DNA from: Novakomyces olei
Lineage: Eukaryota
DNA: 64,000 nt
Assembly: GCA_016906335.1 (NCBI GenBank)
Contig: JADEYG010000012.1
Location: 1-64,000 of the forward strand
Direction of reading: 5' to 3'
A program made the translations under genes and the position numbers. Positions within the stretch are counted from its first letter, which is position 1. Every line of letters starts with the position of its first letter. Below the pieces are notes generated by a model, which was not told where the DNA came from, searched no databases, and saw nothing but the letters and a program-made list of their open reading frames with translations. This document shows, piece after piece, positions 1 through 14,714 of this stretch.

Positions 1-125
1 AACAAAAAAAACCAACAAACCAACAAACCAACAAACCAACAAACCAACAAACCAACAAACCAACAAACCAACAAACCAACAAACCAACAAACCAACAAAC
101 CAACAAACCAACAAACCACAACCAA
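1..125. repeat. (AAACCAAC)n octamer microsatellite at window start
   Basis: About 14 near-perfect AAACCAAC units seen directly. Confidence 0.9.
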
Positions 126-2460
126 TAATCTTCAAATCCTCCAATCTTCCAGTCTTCCAATCTTCCAGTCTTCCAAACAAGCATCCAAAAAGACATTCAA
201 TCAAGCAATCAATAAAACAATTAAACAATCCAAAAACAGCAGCTATCAATTAAGAAACCAATGAATCAATCAGATTTTTTTAATCCAAGTTTTTTGTTTT
301 TTATTTTTCTCAATTTTTAGTTCATTACAAAATTTTAATTCTTTTTTTTTTCTTTTTTTTTTCTTATTTTTTTTCTTGGTATTTTTTGAGGCTCCTCATT
401 TTGTTTTTAGCTGATGAGTAGACGAAAATTCACTGTGAAATTAGTAAAAATATCATAAAAACCTCGAGGAGACTTACACAATATTCTATCTTCCAATCCT
501 CCAATCTTCCAATCTTCCAATCCTCCAATCTTCCAATCTTCCAATCTTCCAATCTTCCAATCCTCCAATCCTCCAATCTTCCAATCCTCCAATCCTCCAA
601 TCCTCCAATCCTCCAATCCTCCAATCCTCCAATCTTCAAATCCTCCAATCTTCCAATCTTCCAATCTTCCAATCTTCCAATCTTCCAAACAAGCATCCAA
701 AAAGACATTCAATCAAGCAATCAATAAAACAATTAAACAATCCAAAAACAGCAGCTATCAATTTAGAAACCAATGAATCAATCAGATTTTTTTAATCCAA
801 GTTTTTTGTTTTTTATTTTTCTCAATTTTTAGTTCATTACAAAATTTTAATTCTTTTTTTTTTCTTATTTTTTTTTCTTTTTTTTTTTTTCTTGGTATTT
901 TTTGAGGCTCCTCATTTTGTTTTTAGTTGATGAGTAGACGAAAATTCACTGTGAAATTAGTAAAAATATCATAAAAACCTCGAGGAGACTTACACAATAT
1001 TCTATCTTCCAATCCTCCAATCTTCCAATCTTCCAAACAAGCATCCAAAAAGACATTCAATCAAGCAATCAATAAAACAATTAAACAATCCAAAAACAGC
1101 AGCTATCAATTAAGAAACCAATGAATCAATCAGATTTTTTTAATCCAAGTTTTTTGTTTTTTATTTTTCTCAATTTTTAGTTCATTACAAAATTTTAATT
1201 CTTTTTTTTTTCTTTTTTTTTTCTTATTTTTTTTCTTGGTATTTTTTGAGGCTCCTCATTTTGTTTTTAGCTGATGAGTAGACGAAAATTCACTGTGAAA
1301 TTAGTAAAAATATCATAAAAACCTCGAGGAGACTTACACAATATTCTATCTTCCAATCCTCCAATCCTCCAATCTTCCAATCCTCCAATCTTCCAATCCT
1401 CCAATCCTCCAATCCTCCAATCCTCCAATCCTCCAATCTTCAAATCCTCCAATCTTCCAGTCTTCCAATCTTCCAAACAAGCATCCAAAAAGACATTCAA
1501 TCAAGCAATCAATAAAACAATTAAACAATCCAAAAACAGCAGCTATCAATTAAGAAACCAATGAATCAATCAGATTTTTTTAATCCAAGTTTTTTGTTTT
1601 TTATTTTTTTCAATTTTTAGTTCATTACAAAATTTTAATTCTTTTTTTTTCTTATTTTTTTTTCTTTTTTTTTTTTCTTGGTATTTTTTGAGGCTCCTCA
1701 TTTTGTTTTTAGTTGATGAGTAGACGAGAATTCACTGTGAAATTAGTAAAAATATCATAAAAACCTCGAGGAGACTTACACAATATTCTATCTTCCAATC
1801 CTCCAATCCTCCAATCCTCCAATCCTCCAATCCTCCAATCTTCAAATCCTCCAATCTTCCAGTCTTCCAATCTTCCAGTCTTCCAAACAAGCATCCAAAA
1901 AGACATTCAATCAAGCAATCAATAAAACAATTAAACAATCCAAAAACAGCAGCTATCAATTAAGAAACCAATGAATCAATCAGATTTTTTTAATCCAAGT
2001 TTTTTGTTTTTTATTTTTTTCAATTTTTAGTTCATTACAAAATTTTAATTCTTTTTTTTTTCTTATTTTTTTTTCTTTTTTTTTTTTTTCTTGGTATTTT
2101 TTGAGGCTCCTCATTTTGTTTTTAGTTGATGAGTAGACGAGAATTCACTGTGAAATTAGTAAAAATATCATAAAAACCTCGAAGAGACTTACACAATATC
2201 CTATCTTCCAATCCTCCAATCCTCCAATCCTCCAATCTTCCAATCCTCCAATCTTCCAATCCTCCAATCCTCCAATCTTCCAATCCTCCAATCCTCCAAT
2301 CCTCCAATCCTCCAATCTTCCAAGCAAGCATCCAAAAAGACATTCAATCAAGCAATCAATAAAACAATCCAAAAAAAGCATCCATCGATCAAGAAATCAA
2401 TCAAGAAATCTAGCAAACAATCAAAATTTTTTAATCCAAGTTTCTCGTTTATTATTATTA
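126..2460. repeat. Compound tandem satellite: ~310-320 bp constant AT-rich block alternating with variable (AATC[C/T]TCC)n arrays
   Basis: The block starting ACAAGCATCCAAAAAGACATTC recurs at about 177, 688, 1036, 1477, 1887 and (diverged) 2324. Spacing varies with octamer copy number. Confidence 0.95.
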
Positions 2461-2470
2461 TTATTTTTTT

Positions 2471-4051
2471 TTACATTCCAAAGTTTATATCTTTTTTTTT
2501 CCCTTTTATGTCAATTTTAAACACTCGGTCGGGTGTTTCCATCAGGTTTCCGTGAACCATCTCTTTTTTCCATCCTGTAACCCCTTCATTTGCGCACTCT
2601 TCGCTTCGATATTTCAGAGCTGAAAATCGTTGCAGTACCCTTGATGCATATACTTTCAGCTCTTCCGTAGAACCTGGCTCTTCTTTCCTAATTTCTTCCC
2701 AGTCATTTGGGCATAAAATACTCCGAACTAGAGGGTCTGTATTATTTTGTATCGTTGAGGAAAGCAATTCTGGCTTTTCCTGGGCAACCGACTGCGGCTG
2801 TCTTCTCAGCTCTGCCAGTCTTTCTGGTTCTAGTATTCTAATGTTGCTGCGAGCATAATTGGCCTTGAGCTTTTGTCTAATGAGAGCATCCTCTTCAGCC
2901 TGCTTTTCATCCCGCTTTTCATCCGCGATCCTTCCCTCTAAAATGCTCTTTCTTGCAGCTTCGAGTCGAGCATAGACACGTTTACACTCTGGACTCACAG
3001 GGGCACACCTCTTCTGGTCTTCCCCCGCCATTGCTTGAGTTTTTCGTTCTTCCTCCAGTCTTTCTGGTTCTAGTATTCTAATGTTGCTGCGAGCATAATT
3101 GGCCTTGAGCTTTTGTCTAATGAGAGCATCCTCTTCAGCCTGCTTTTCATCCCGCTTTTCATCCGCGATCCTTCCCTCTAAAATGCTCTTTCTTGCAGCT
3201 TCGAGTCGAGCATAGACACGTTTACACTCTGGACTCACAGGGGCACACCTCTTCTGGTCTTCCCCCGCCATTGCTTGAGTTTTTCGTTCTTCCTCCAGTC
3301 TTTCTGGTTCTCGTATTCTAGGGTTGCTGCGAGCATAAATGGCCTCGAGCTTTTGTTTAATGAGAGCATCCTGTTCAGCCTGCTTTTCATCCCGCTTTTT
3401 ATCCGCGATCCTTCCCTCCAAAATGCTCTTTCTTGCAGCTTCGAGTCGAGCATAGACACGTGTACACTCTAGACTCACAGGGGCACACCTCTTCTGGTCT
3501 TCCTCTGCCATTGCTTGAGTTTTTCGTTCGTCCTCCAGTCTTTCCCGGGCTTGCCTTGCCTTGTGCTCTTGCTCCGCCTTAAGCTTTTGCTGCTGCAAGG
3601 CATTCCGCTCGGCAACTTTGGCCTTAATCTCGTTTGTAATTCGTTCCGTCTCGCGCTTTTGTCTCGTTTCCTAATATTGTTAACGCTTGAAGACAATCAG
3701 TTTTCTTACAATTTCGGCTAACCGATCTGCCTCTTCCTGGGCAGCCCGTCTTCTTCGGTAGGCGTGCAGCTCCTTTCCACATTCTTGAGCTTCGAGCATA
3801 ATCTGTTCTAATGCTCTAATAGTTGTTTTCTGGTAGTCCGAAACTGCTTTCATCCACCGCGAGAGTTCGTCCCGATCGAACTCTACAGTTTCCCTTTCGA
3901 CTGTAGCCTCGTTGGCTTTACGATAGCATTTCGCGTTCTCTGTTTTATTAGACTTAAGAACACCGATAAATCCCTTACCGTGACGCTCTACCAAAATAAG
4001 TACAATCAGGAAAAAATTAAGAACCAGCATCGAGCAAGCGAAGTATGACAT
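2471..4051 (-). CDS. Orphan coiled-coil protein (~513 aa) with N-terminal hydrophobic anchor and three 80-aa tandem repeats; 2 exons (4051-3710, 3670-2471)
   Basis: A 39-nt intron (GTAAGA...TTAAC...TTAG, 3709-3671) joins the 123-aa and 375-aa ORFs in frame (LAEI|ETRQKRE...ALQQQKLK). 240-bp repeats lie at ~2817-3536. Confidence 0.7.
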
Positions 4052-4100
4052 CTTGTCTGATGAATGGCAAAAGGACGTAAATCTCTTTCAAAATATCAAT

Positions 4101-4358
4101 TGTTGTTTTTCTGAAGGCGCTGTTGTTTTTCTGAAGGCGTTGTTGTTTTTCTGAGGGCGTTGTTGTTTTTCTGAGGGCGTTGTTGTTTTTCTGAGGGCGT
4201 TGTTGTTTTTCTGAGGGCGTTGTTGTTTTTCTGAGGGCGTTGTTGTTTTTCTGAGGGCGTTGTTGTTTTTCTGAGGGCGTTGTTGTTTTTCTGAGGGCGT
4301 TGTTGTTTTTCTGAGGGCGTTGTTGTTTTTCTGAGGGCGTTGTTGTTTTCCTGAGGGC
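4101..4358. repeat. 20-bp minisatellite (TGTTGTTTTTCTGAGGGCGT) x ~13
   Basis: Directly visible, starting 50 bp upstream of the orphan gene ATG. Confidence 0.95.
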
Positions 4359-5761
4359 GCGCTCTGGCCTTTACGCGCCTCAAGAGGTTTTTATTTATTG
4401 CACACGAATACGCGGTAACGTCACGTTCTGCTATATGATTGGTCATTTTTACTTTTGCTGCACTTTTAATTACTTGGCAAGAGCATTAAGATGATTTAAA
4501 TTATCGCAAAAAAGGAATACGCGATCACGTGACATTACTTAATATTTCGCCCAACTGAAGTCTTCTCGCCGAAAATATTAATTAATAAAAATTAAATATG
4601 AAAACAAATTATTGTTTTATGTAGATCCCCGTAGATCCCCGATGTACAGTAAATATTTCTGTGATCAATCAATTGCTGGACTTTTTTTGTGAGTTCTGAG
4701 CATAGGAATTAATTTTAGTAAAAGATTATATGTCTAAGCATCAAGCATTAGTATCAAATAGAAGTTTCGGTACGGCATAGTTGATTTATAAAATCTATTT
4801 GAATTTCAGAATTAAGACACTTCAAATTAAGTGCGGCAGGATCAATGATGATTCCTCAATGATGATTTATATAATGCTCTTGTCCAGCGACTGAGCTACA
4901 GGAAAGTTCCAAGTAACAATATTAGCATAAGTACCAATGGCAACATGGTTTACTTCGCGAATGTGAATTAACGCAGCGCTTCAGTATACTTAAAAAGACA
5001 GATATCATACTTCTAAGCTGCAGATACGTAGCCATGTATGATGGCTACGTAATACATTGTCGTAAACATAGGTTGAAATTTATTCTTATGGTAGAATTGA
5101 ATAAAATAGAAACTCACGATTGCTTTAGCTGAATCTCCCGAAGGGTATGAGGGTTCGCTTGGGCTATATATATAACTATGTATCTTTGAGTGAGGTCCTG
5201 TAAAGCTGAAGTCAAACAACTGCCACTCATGGTAGGTTTATGGTAGGTTTATGGTAGGTTTTGTCTTAATCGGTGAGTGAGTCGGCAGGTGTATTATAAT
5301 ATAGGGGATAATAGATTCATATTTCAACTATTTCAACATACATAAAACCCTGGTCGGAATTAAAGAGATCTGGATATTAGAGTATTTATTGTACACATTT
5401 GAGGTCTAATGTTTTATACTCATGTCAGGTAAAAAAAAGCGAATATAAATATGATATCGGACTGTTCTGTAAAAAGTTCGTCAATGAAGAATAATGGAAG
5501 CTGTTATGTTATTATTAATTGGTTGCAATTTGACAAAATTCAAATACCAATGCTCACAATTCAATGTTCATGCTTCAGAATTAGCATCGCACATATACTT
5601 GATTTACGAATAAACTCTGATAAGGTAGGTTAATAAACGAAAATAGAGTGTACGTATATCGCCCCATAAAATGGGTCACTGTTTCTCGAGTAGATATATC
5701 TATTTTCCTGTACGTATTTTGTAAATAGAGAAAAAGAAAAGTGGATCGAAACTCAAAAGCC

Positions 5762-7234
5762 ATGATGGAGATCACAAGGCAAGATGTATCGGGAATGTTT
5801 GGGTACGAATACAACAATGCCATTTTGACTGCTCAGCTGTCTGATATTTATTGCATCGTGCCAAACTCTAACATCTTAGGGCGATTTCTATTGCCTGCTG
5901 GATAGTGGGTACGGAATAAGTGCTCGTCTTTTCACGGTTCTAATCAGCAGTTTTGATGCCTCAAGTTTATGAAAACTGGAAAAACAAAAAGTAAGTGTTT
6001 GGGTGTTCTTGGGTTGTTGTTGCTCTTGACAAACAAAAGAAATGAAATTTCTTAATCATACCGAATTACTCACGTTCTCCTATTTGTGACCTTTTTATCA
6101 TTTTTTATCAAATGGATTGGAATTCTGACGTGTCCAGTGCGGACGGTATTTCTTTGGCATTTCTTCTTGTATGGCTTGTGGGCGACCTTCTTAATTTTGC
6201 TGGAAGTTTCTTTGGGGGGTTGATCGGCTCTGTAGTTATCACCGCCCTGTACTTTATGTTTTCCGACTCTGTTATTGTTAGTCAGGTTGTATACTATCAG
6301 TATTTTGCCGAACCTCACCCTTTACACCACCACCACCACCACCACCACTATCATGCTCAGCATAGCGAAGCTACAGAGTCAGAGTCCCTTCTTCATCGCC
6401 AGCAAAGTGCTACTTCTACTAATGCCTCGAACCGACGAATTGCTCGACGCCGGAGAGCGATCACAATGAATACTCTCTCTGTCGTTCTGGTTGTCGTATT
6501 TGGTACCTTGGGTTTTTTAATCTCTAAAATACAACGAGATACTGGTCCACAACTGTTTGCGGTTGAACCAAAAATATCGGAAAGTGCAACAGTCCTCGGT
6601 TACCTTAGTGCCGCATTGTATCGTAAGCAGCTAAATTTGAGGAGAGATTGGCCAAACTAAACAGACAGTATTTGCTCGGGTTCCTCAAATTTACAAGAAC
6701 TATAAGAACAAGTCAACAGAAGGTAATTTTGTTTCGATTTAAAACCTACTCTTGAAAAGCTTGCGCATTTGCGTTCTCGATTGAATGCTTCATCAGTATT
6801 CCATTAGTATTGCATTTCTGAATAATGATGTTCCTATGCTATTCTTGCTTGAATTTTAATACCTTTTTGATTATTTTCCGATTTTTATTTGGGTTTATGA
6901 AACTCACTTTTCGGCTGTCAGTTAGTATCCATTTGAAAAAGCCAATTTTATTTCATTTTCACTCATCAAACTAACAATCAGGCCTTGCTATTCTATTCTT
7001 TGTCTTCTCAGTTCTTGGAAACGTGGCGTACGCTCTCAGCATTTTATTTTACAGCACGGAGCACAGCTATGTTATACGCAACGTGCCTTGGCTTATTGGA
7101 AGTCTAGGAACACTTGCCCTGGACTTTACGGTATATTTATATGTCGTAGATTCACTTGCTGAGATTCTATCTAGATTTTTGCGCAGTTCGCGATTTATAT
7201 GGAGCCAGATGATGATTCTGATGCCGAGGAATAG
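5762..7234 (+). CDS. PQ-loop vacuolar cationic amino-acid transporter (Ypq1/PQLC2-like), multi-exon
   Basis: Spliced exons give AISIACWIV-VLMPQVYENW...SADGISLAFLLVWLVGD and LFARVPQIYKNYKNKSTEGL, i.e. two PQ loops. Introns are GT-AG. Confidence 0.85.
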
Positions 7235-7838
7235 ACTTTTTTTATCCTTAGATCCCAGCATTAGATCCTAAACGAATGGCTCGTGCTGTAAACTTTGGTG
7301 TTTAAACAGTCCTCTTCTAAGTTTGTTGCGATAAGGGACTAGCTGCTTTATTATGGACTTGACGGAATGATTTTGTTGTAATATTATTGATAATACTATC
7401 TACATACATCGCAAATAAATAATTAAATAGACTAATTAGATCTCTTAAACTTTGATTGTAATAGAAATTAAATCACTGAATGCTTCGTGGTTATTTTATT
7501 GCTCTGGAAATTTGCGTTTAATTGTTAATGCGATAATTTTAAGGAAGCCATTTACAATTGCCCAGATGTACACGTGATTCACCAGTTTTCTGCGTTAATT
7601 TAGGACATAATATCAATCGAAACGAATTACATCATTTACGCTCAACATACGGTGGGCAAATAGAAACATGAAACATTAAAATTAACAGTATATCGCAATC
7701 TATAGTGTCAGCGTGGTCAATCGCTTATACTATAGGTCCAAATTTTATATCTCACAAATACATAAATTTTAGACCTGAATTATATCATTATTCTGTACAG
7801 TACTCGAAAATATTTCAAATTTAAAGGCAGCAGAAACC

Positions 7839-9375
<1,537 letters not shown>

Positions 9376-9772
9376 GTTTCAAGTGTACTTCCTTGTAGTG
9401 TTATTAATCCTAGTTGTCGCCTACACAAATTCCTATATACTTTAAAAACAGTTTTACTCCTGCTCTTAACATATACACTGTTATTTTTTAAAAAAATATT
9501 TTTCTTTTTGTCAGAAGCGCTCTCCAAGTTTTGTTTAGATGTACGCGTTATCCAATCCCTTTTGGTCAGGTAAACTTAGTTTCAGACATCAGGGCTTCTA
9601 GTGACAAATTTCATGGGAGACTAAGGATTAAAGTACACAAGTCAGACAATGAAACATTCACTTTTCAATTAGACAATATACTGGCTAGCACTCACTCGAT
9701 TGATACAATAACCCCTTGTTCTAACCTGTAAAAGGGTCTGAGATTGAACGAATGCAGATTGTACCCAAGTCA

Positions 9773-10902
9773 CTAAAAGAAAAAATATGCCAGAAAGAAA
9801 GCAGCCAAGCACAGGGCAGCCACAATCTGCACGGGAATGCCTTCTGAAGCCGGTGGCTTGACCGAAGTAGCCTCAGCGGAAGATGAGCCCGAAGCCACGC
9901 GGCGTGTGCTATCGGCTACAGCAGCATCATTTTTACGCTGCCGTAGCTGTGCCTGTTGCAATTCTTGCTGCAGTCTCCGAATCTCTGCTTGTGCAGAGGA
10001 AATATCAGTAGGGCCAGCAGCAGAAGACGGGCCTGACGTCTTGTCCTGGGAAGTTGGTATGCTTTTCTCGGGAACCGGTCCCGGCGTTTCTCCGCCATCT
10101 TTTGGGGCGTTCTCAAATTGCTCCGATACCTAATATTAGGAACCCATACTAAAATATATAGTTGAGAAATGAAAAGTTTTATGGAAGAGTTACATCAGGC
10201 TGAGTAGTATCCCCGGCATTAGAAGCAGCACCAAAAGTAGCAGGGTCTATATGATGTCCGCCAGTTTCTGAAGGAGGGAAAATGACGCATCGAATTTTCT
10301 TTTCCCGTATCTCGTCTTTAAATTGCTTTTCCGCACGTGCCCACTGGTGATTAGAGAAGGAGCGTAAAGAAAATACAACAAAACAAAGATATAAGGAGAA
10401 TGATGAGAGTTTAAGACACTCAAAACCAACCAGAATAATGGATATTCAAAAAAAGAGAAAGCGGCCATGAGAATAATGTGTCCAAATACATAAAACCGAT
10501 AGCAAGACATACCAGATCCTGAATCGCTTCGGACTCTCGATCCGCCGTAATGGGTAGAGACTGCACAAGAAATTTGTCTTTGCAACGGAAGTCTGCGGGT
10601 GGATCTTCTTTCATTGCTTGCAGCAGAACTGGCAAACGTTAGCACATAGAAATAGATCGCGAAATAGAGAAAGTATGGCGAAAGAGCACGCCTGACGTCG
10701 TCCAAGACTTACTTTGAATCTCGACAGTCTGACCAGGCTCAATACGACCAGAGTTTGGCCGAACGCAATACTGGCGCGGTGCAGTCGTCTTTAGCTTGAA
10801 GGCAACAGGCTGTTGATTCGGATTACGGACGGACAATGATTCTTCCACCATGGTCGTGAGAGGTCTATGGAAACCGATCTGCGACGGACACTCGACCGAC
10901 AT
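9773..10902 (-). CDS. SCS2: VAP family ER membrane protein (MSP domain, C-terminal TM), multi-exon
   Basis: VAFKLKTTAPRQYCVRPNSGRI, DFRCKDKFLVQS and C-terminal GIPVQIVAALCLAAFFLAYFFF. Confidence 0.93.
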
Positions 10903-11904
10903 AATGGCAAGTTGCGTTTTTAAATGGCACGAAATCACAACCTTGATGAGCCCGCGTCTGAGAATAAAGAAGTGTCGTCACGGGACACGTACTACGCAGA
11001 TTGATTCCGACGGCTGTGCTAATAAGTCTATAATAATATGGACTAAAATATAACAACATAAACTATACACAGAATGTGCCGCCATTCATTCGTTATACGG
11101 AGGATGTTTTTATAAATTTTATCGTCGCTAAATAAGAGTAAGATTACTATGCGTGAAAAACGCCAAATGGTTTCTAGTTCGCCTAAATACATTTGGTTCA
11201 GTTCACAGATAAAAGCTCGCTTTACTTCCGGCGTTCTCTCCTTACATTTTGATTTAAAATTTTATTTCTGAACTACTACTGCCTTGATTATTTTCACTTA
11301 TTCGGGGTACTGCGTTGTGTCGATCCAATTATGTATGCAACTCGTTTGCCATACGTTCTTTATGAGTGTAAGAATTATGCTTATCTTTTGCGGATTAGAT
11401 GAAAACCATGGAAGTATTAGATTGAATATCTCTCCATAGTCCCCCTGTATATATATCGTCATTGGTTTATACGCACTATGCGTGACATATATTATAGCAT
11501 TCAAACGGAGCCAAAGGTGTGCACGGCAAGCTGTCAAACTGTAATCTAGCCGCACCAAAATTGAGCAAAGCCATTATTTGTCTTTTGTACGAATACAAGG
11601 AACAGCTGGAACGACTCGATATTGTGTATCTACGGTTCGCACGTTCAATTCCTTGCAAGATCTACGCGATTGGGCTTATCAACTGTTACAGAATCTGACA
11701 ACGGTGACTAATGTAAGCGTGCATGCCAATTTGTTTTCTAATCAAAGGAGTACCAAGATCCGTTTATCGAGCGACGTTTGTGGTCCCCTGGACCGATCGA
11801 GTTTGCCCACATTTTCTCTATTTTTACACCAATTGTACCCTAGGATATAAAGTGAATTGCCGCGCAAGAAAGCTATTATTTTGTTTTAAAGCTTAAAATA
11901 AGAA

Positions 11905-12928
11905 ATGGCACAAGAGCACGATAAAGCTGTGGATGGAAACCTTCGCGAAGCGACAGCAGCGGAATGGCACGCTGTAAAAGATGGGCAATCGGAGCCATCG
12001 ATTCCTGAAGAGGAGGTAAGCAAGGAAAGATAATAAGTGTAAATGTTTTACGAGAAACGAAACTGAAGAGCATCACTCTGCGAAATGAGGCCAAAATACA
12101 GCAGGTGCAGAACTCCTCATTCTGGAAACAGATGTTTAAGGCTGAAATTTGATCATATCAAATAAACATATGTCAAGACGAATAGAGAATTAAAAAAATA
12201 TCTTGGGTGAAGTCAAATTCTAATTTTACAGACGCGGCCTTTAACTGAAGAGGAGAAAGCACAAAAGTTATCTTTACTTAGAGAGCGACTGGCTGCAAAA
12301 CGAGCTCAAGAAGCCCGTGACGATGCGCAGCGACAGCGTGAAAACGAAGTTATTCGACGAAAAGCAGACGCAGATTCGGCTCGTGCTATTGAAGATCAAA
12401 AACGTCAAGCGATACTTCGAGAAGCAGAAAAGCAGAAAAGGCAGCGCCGTGAAGACCAGTTAGCCCGACAACGAGTAAAGGATCAAATAGAGGAGGACAA
12501 GGCTGCCCGTCGGGCCCAGCAGGAGAATGATAAGAGATTGCGGGAGCAGTCAATGGGCAATGAACAAGCTCAAATCCAAGACAATAAGAAACCAGTGACT
12601 GAGCAGCAAAGCACCTCTCAAGATCAGCCACAAGAAAGAAAGCAGCAACCGACAGAAACACGTTTGCAGCTGCGGGTCACGGGGAAGGCTCCAGTGGTGG
12701 TAAAGGTCCCCGTAACTTTTACGCTTCTGCAGGTGGCAGATCAAGTGCAGGGATCTACTGGTATTGCATCTCAAAGTGCTCGTTTTACGACTACGTTTCC
12801 GCGCAAAACTTTTGCTGGTGCAGATTTGGAAAAGAATCTTGTAGATTTAGGTACTGACATGCTTTCAAATAAAAAGGCTAACAAATATCTTAGGATTAGT
12901 ACCTTCTGCCGCGCTTATAATGGAATAA
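11905..12928 (+). CDS. UBX-domain protein (UBXN1/SAKS1-like); further 5' exons possible from ~11400
   Basis: PLTEEEKAQKLSLLRERLAAKR coiled coil, then ETRLQLR...FTTTFPRK...L-DL|GLVPSAALIM UBX fold. The 5' end is not resolved. Confidence 0.75.
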
Positions 12929-13430
12929 TTGGCCCGAAAGGGTCGTCTAGTCAAATTACAAGATGGCTCGTAAATCATTTACAATACTGAATAATTAAGG
13001 TACACGTGGTATATGCTTTGATGTTAAATACGGCAGGACGAAAAGGATTGATAAAAATTGAGCCTGATGTATTCCAGCCGAATAAACGTACAGGCACCAT
13101 TTGCGCACCGTAAATTCGCGTGGGAATTCAGCTCCACAAGAATAATACTTGAATTAATTGTAGCCCTTTGTAATTCACATAAAAGCCATCTAGTACTATG
13201 GCTCCAATATAAGGACGGGCCCCATCCCTTAGTAGTGGCCTACGTATGAATATAATTATACTCTAATTGTACTCGTGATTACATAAATTTATCATCGTTG
13301 CAGTGCACATGATAATCCAGCATCGTCATACGTATGATTTTCATGGTACGTTAAAAAATTCAAGATTAACCCTCCTTGCTCAGCAATTACAATGCTCTAG
13401 AAGCCTGCAACTGCCAACAATTGTTGCAAT

Positions 13431-14714
13431 ATGAGCCCAGCGAGAAAGGAAAAGACACTTGCTTTACCTGCAGAGCAAGTAAAGTCGTCGGGAAATACAA
13501 ACAATGCTGCCAATGAACTCGTACAGGAACAAGAGGCCGTCCGTAAGAAAGAGGAGGCAGAGCCAGAGGCCAATGTGGCTAAAGACGTGACTCGGGCAGC
13601 ACTGAAAGGTGGCACAAGTACCAGCACAACTCAGCCCAGTTCAATTCCCCATCAATCATTAAGAAAGCGGAGAGGCTCGGACTCCGATGCGGATGCGGGT
13701 GCAAAGTCCGGGACGGAGGAAGGAGAGCCTGTTCGTAAACGCCGAGAGACGGTGCAACCAAGCGAGGCGGCTTTAAGCACGGCTCATTCTCACGGGTATC
13801 ATATCAACCCACCTCCGAGTGATAGGCCGGTTAGGGTTTATGCGGATGGTGTTTTTGACCTTTTCCATCTTGGTCATATGCGCCAATTGGAGCAGGCCAA
13901 AAAGGCCTTCCCTGATACTTATTTATTGGTAGGACTACCTTCGGACACGGAAACACATCGTCGGAAAGGTTTAACCGTGCTTACAGATTATGAGCGAGCA
14001 GAAACTCTGAGGCACTGCCGTTGGGTGGATGAAGTTGTGGAGGACGCTCCTTGGTTTATTACTCCTGAATTCGTAGCCATGCATCATATTGACTACGTGG
14101 CCCATGATGACTTGCCTTATGCTGCTGGAGACGTGCAAGATATTTATGCGCCTTTAAAAGCCAAAGGTCAATTTCTCCCCACTCAGCGTACAGCTGGAGT
14201 GTCTACTAGTGATATAATTACGCGTATTGTGCGCAATTATGATTTATATGTATTGCGCAATCTTGCTCGTGGCGTCGATAGACGCGAGCTTAATGTTAGT
14301 CTGTTGAAAAAAAACGAGCTGGAACTTCGTCAACATATTAAAGAGTTTCGGGATATGCTGCGCACACAATGGATGGCGAGTACTCGTGACTTGCGTGAAG
14401 ATGTACGGTCTTTTCTAGCTTCCACAAGAGAAAATTTTGGCGGCAGCCATACTGGGTCTGAGGTATCGCCTACTGCATCCGGCAGCAATAATGGAAATAA
14501 TAACGGTGGTGGAAGTGGAGGATTTCTGGCTGGTATGTCCAAGTGGATGGCTCGTAGGGCTGGAAGCAGTTTAAGGCTGAATTCTCCGAGAGCCGTTATG
14601 AGTAGGAAGTCGAGCTATTTGAGCTCAGACAGTGCAAGCAGTGATGAGGAGTACAACAAAAGTCATAAAGAAAGCATGAGCAATTCACCTAGCAAAGAAG
14701 AGGTGGATAAATAA
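13431..14714 (+). CDS. PCT1: Choline-phosphate cytidylyltransferase
   Basis: RPVRVYADGVFDLFHLGHMRQLEQAKK (HxGH), IDYVAHDD, RTAGVSTSDIITRI. Confidence 0.96.
   Translation: MSPARKEKTLALPAEQVKSSGNTNNAANELVQEQEAVRKKEEAEPEANVAKDVTRAALKGGTSTSTTQPSSIPHQSLRKRRGSDSDADAGAKSGTEEGEPVRKRRETVQPSEAALSTAHSHGYHINPPPSDRPVRVYADGVFDLFHLGHMRQLEQAKKAFPDTYLLVGLPSDTETHRRKGLTVLTDYERAETLRHCRWVDEVVEDAPWFITPEFVAMHHIDYVAHDDLPYAAGDVQDIYAPLKAKGQFLPTQRTAGVSTSDIITRIVRNYDLYVLRNLARGVDRRELNVSLLKKNELELRQHIKEFRDMLRTQWMASTRDLREDVRSFLASTRENFGGSHTGSEVSPTASGSNNGNNNGGGSGGFLAGMSKWMARRAGSSLRLNSPRAVMSRKSSYLSSDSASSDEEYNKSHKESMSNSPSKEEVDK

Noticed and set aside
407-2381. LEDWKIGG-repeat ORFs
   Set aside because: They are translations of the 8-bp satellite, open in several frames, with no coding evidence.
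126-2460. CRISPR-like repeat/spacer appearance
   Set aside because: The constant blocks are ~310 bp, the variable parts are microsatellites rather than unique spacers, the context is eukaryotic and there are no cas genes.
4096-4446. 116-aa ORF
   Set aside because: Product of the 20-bp minisatellite.
5229-5261. (ATGGTAGGTTT) x3
   Set aside because: Short isolated tandem repeat with no supporting context.
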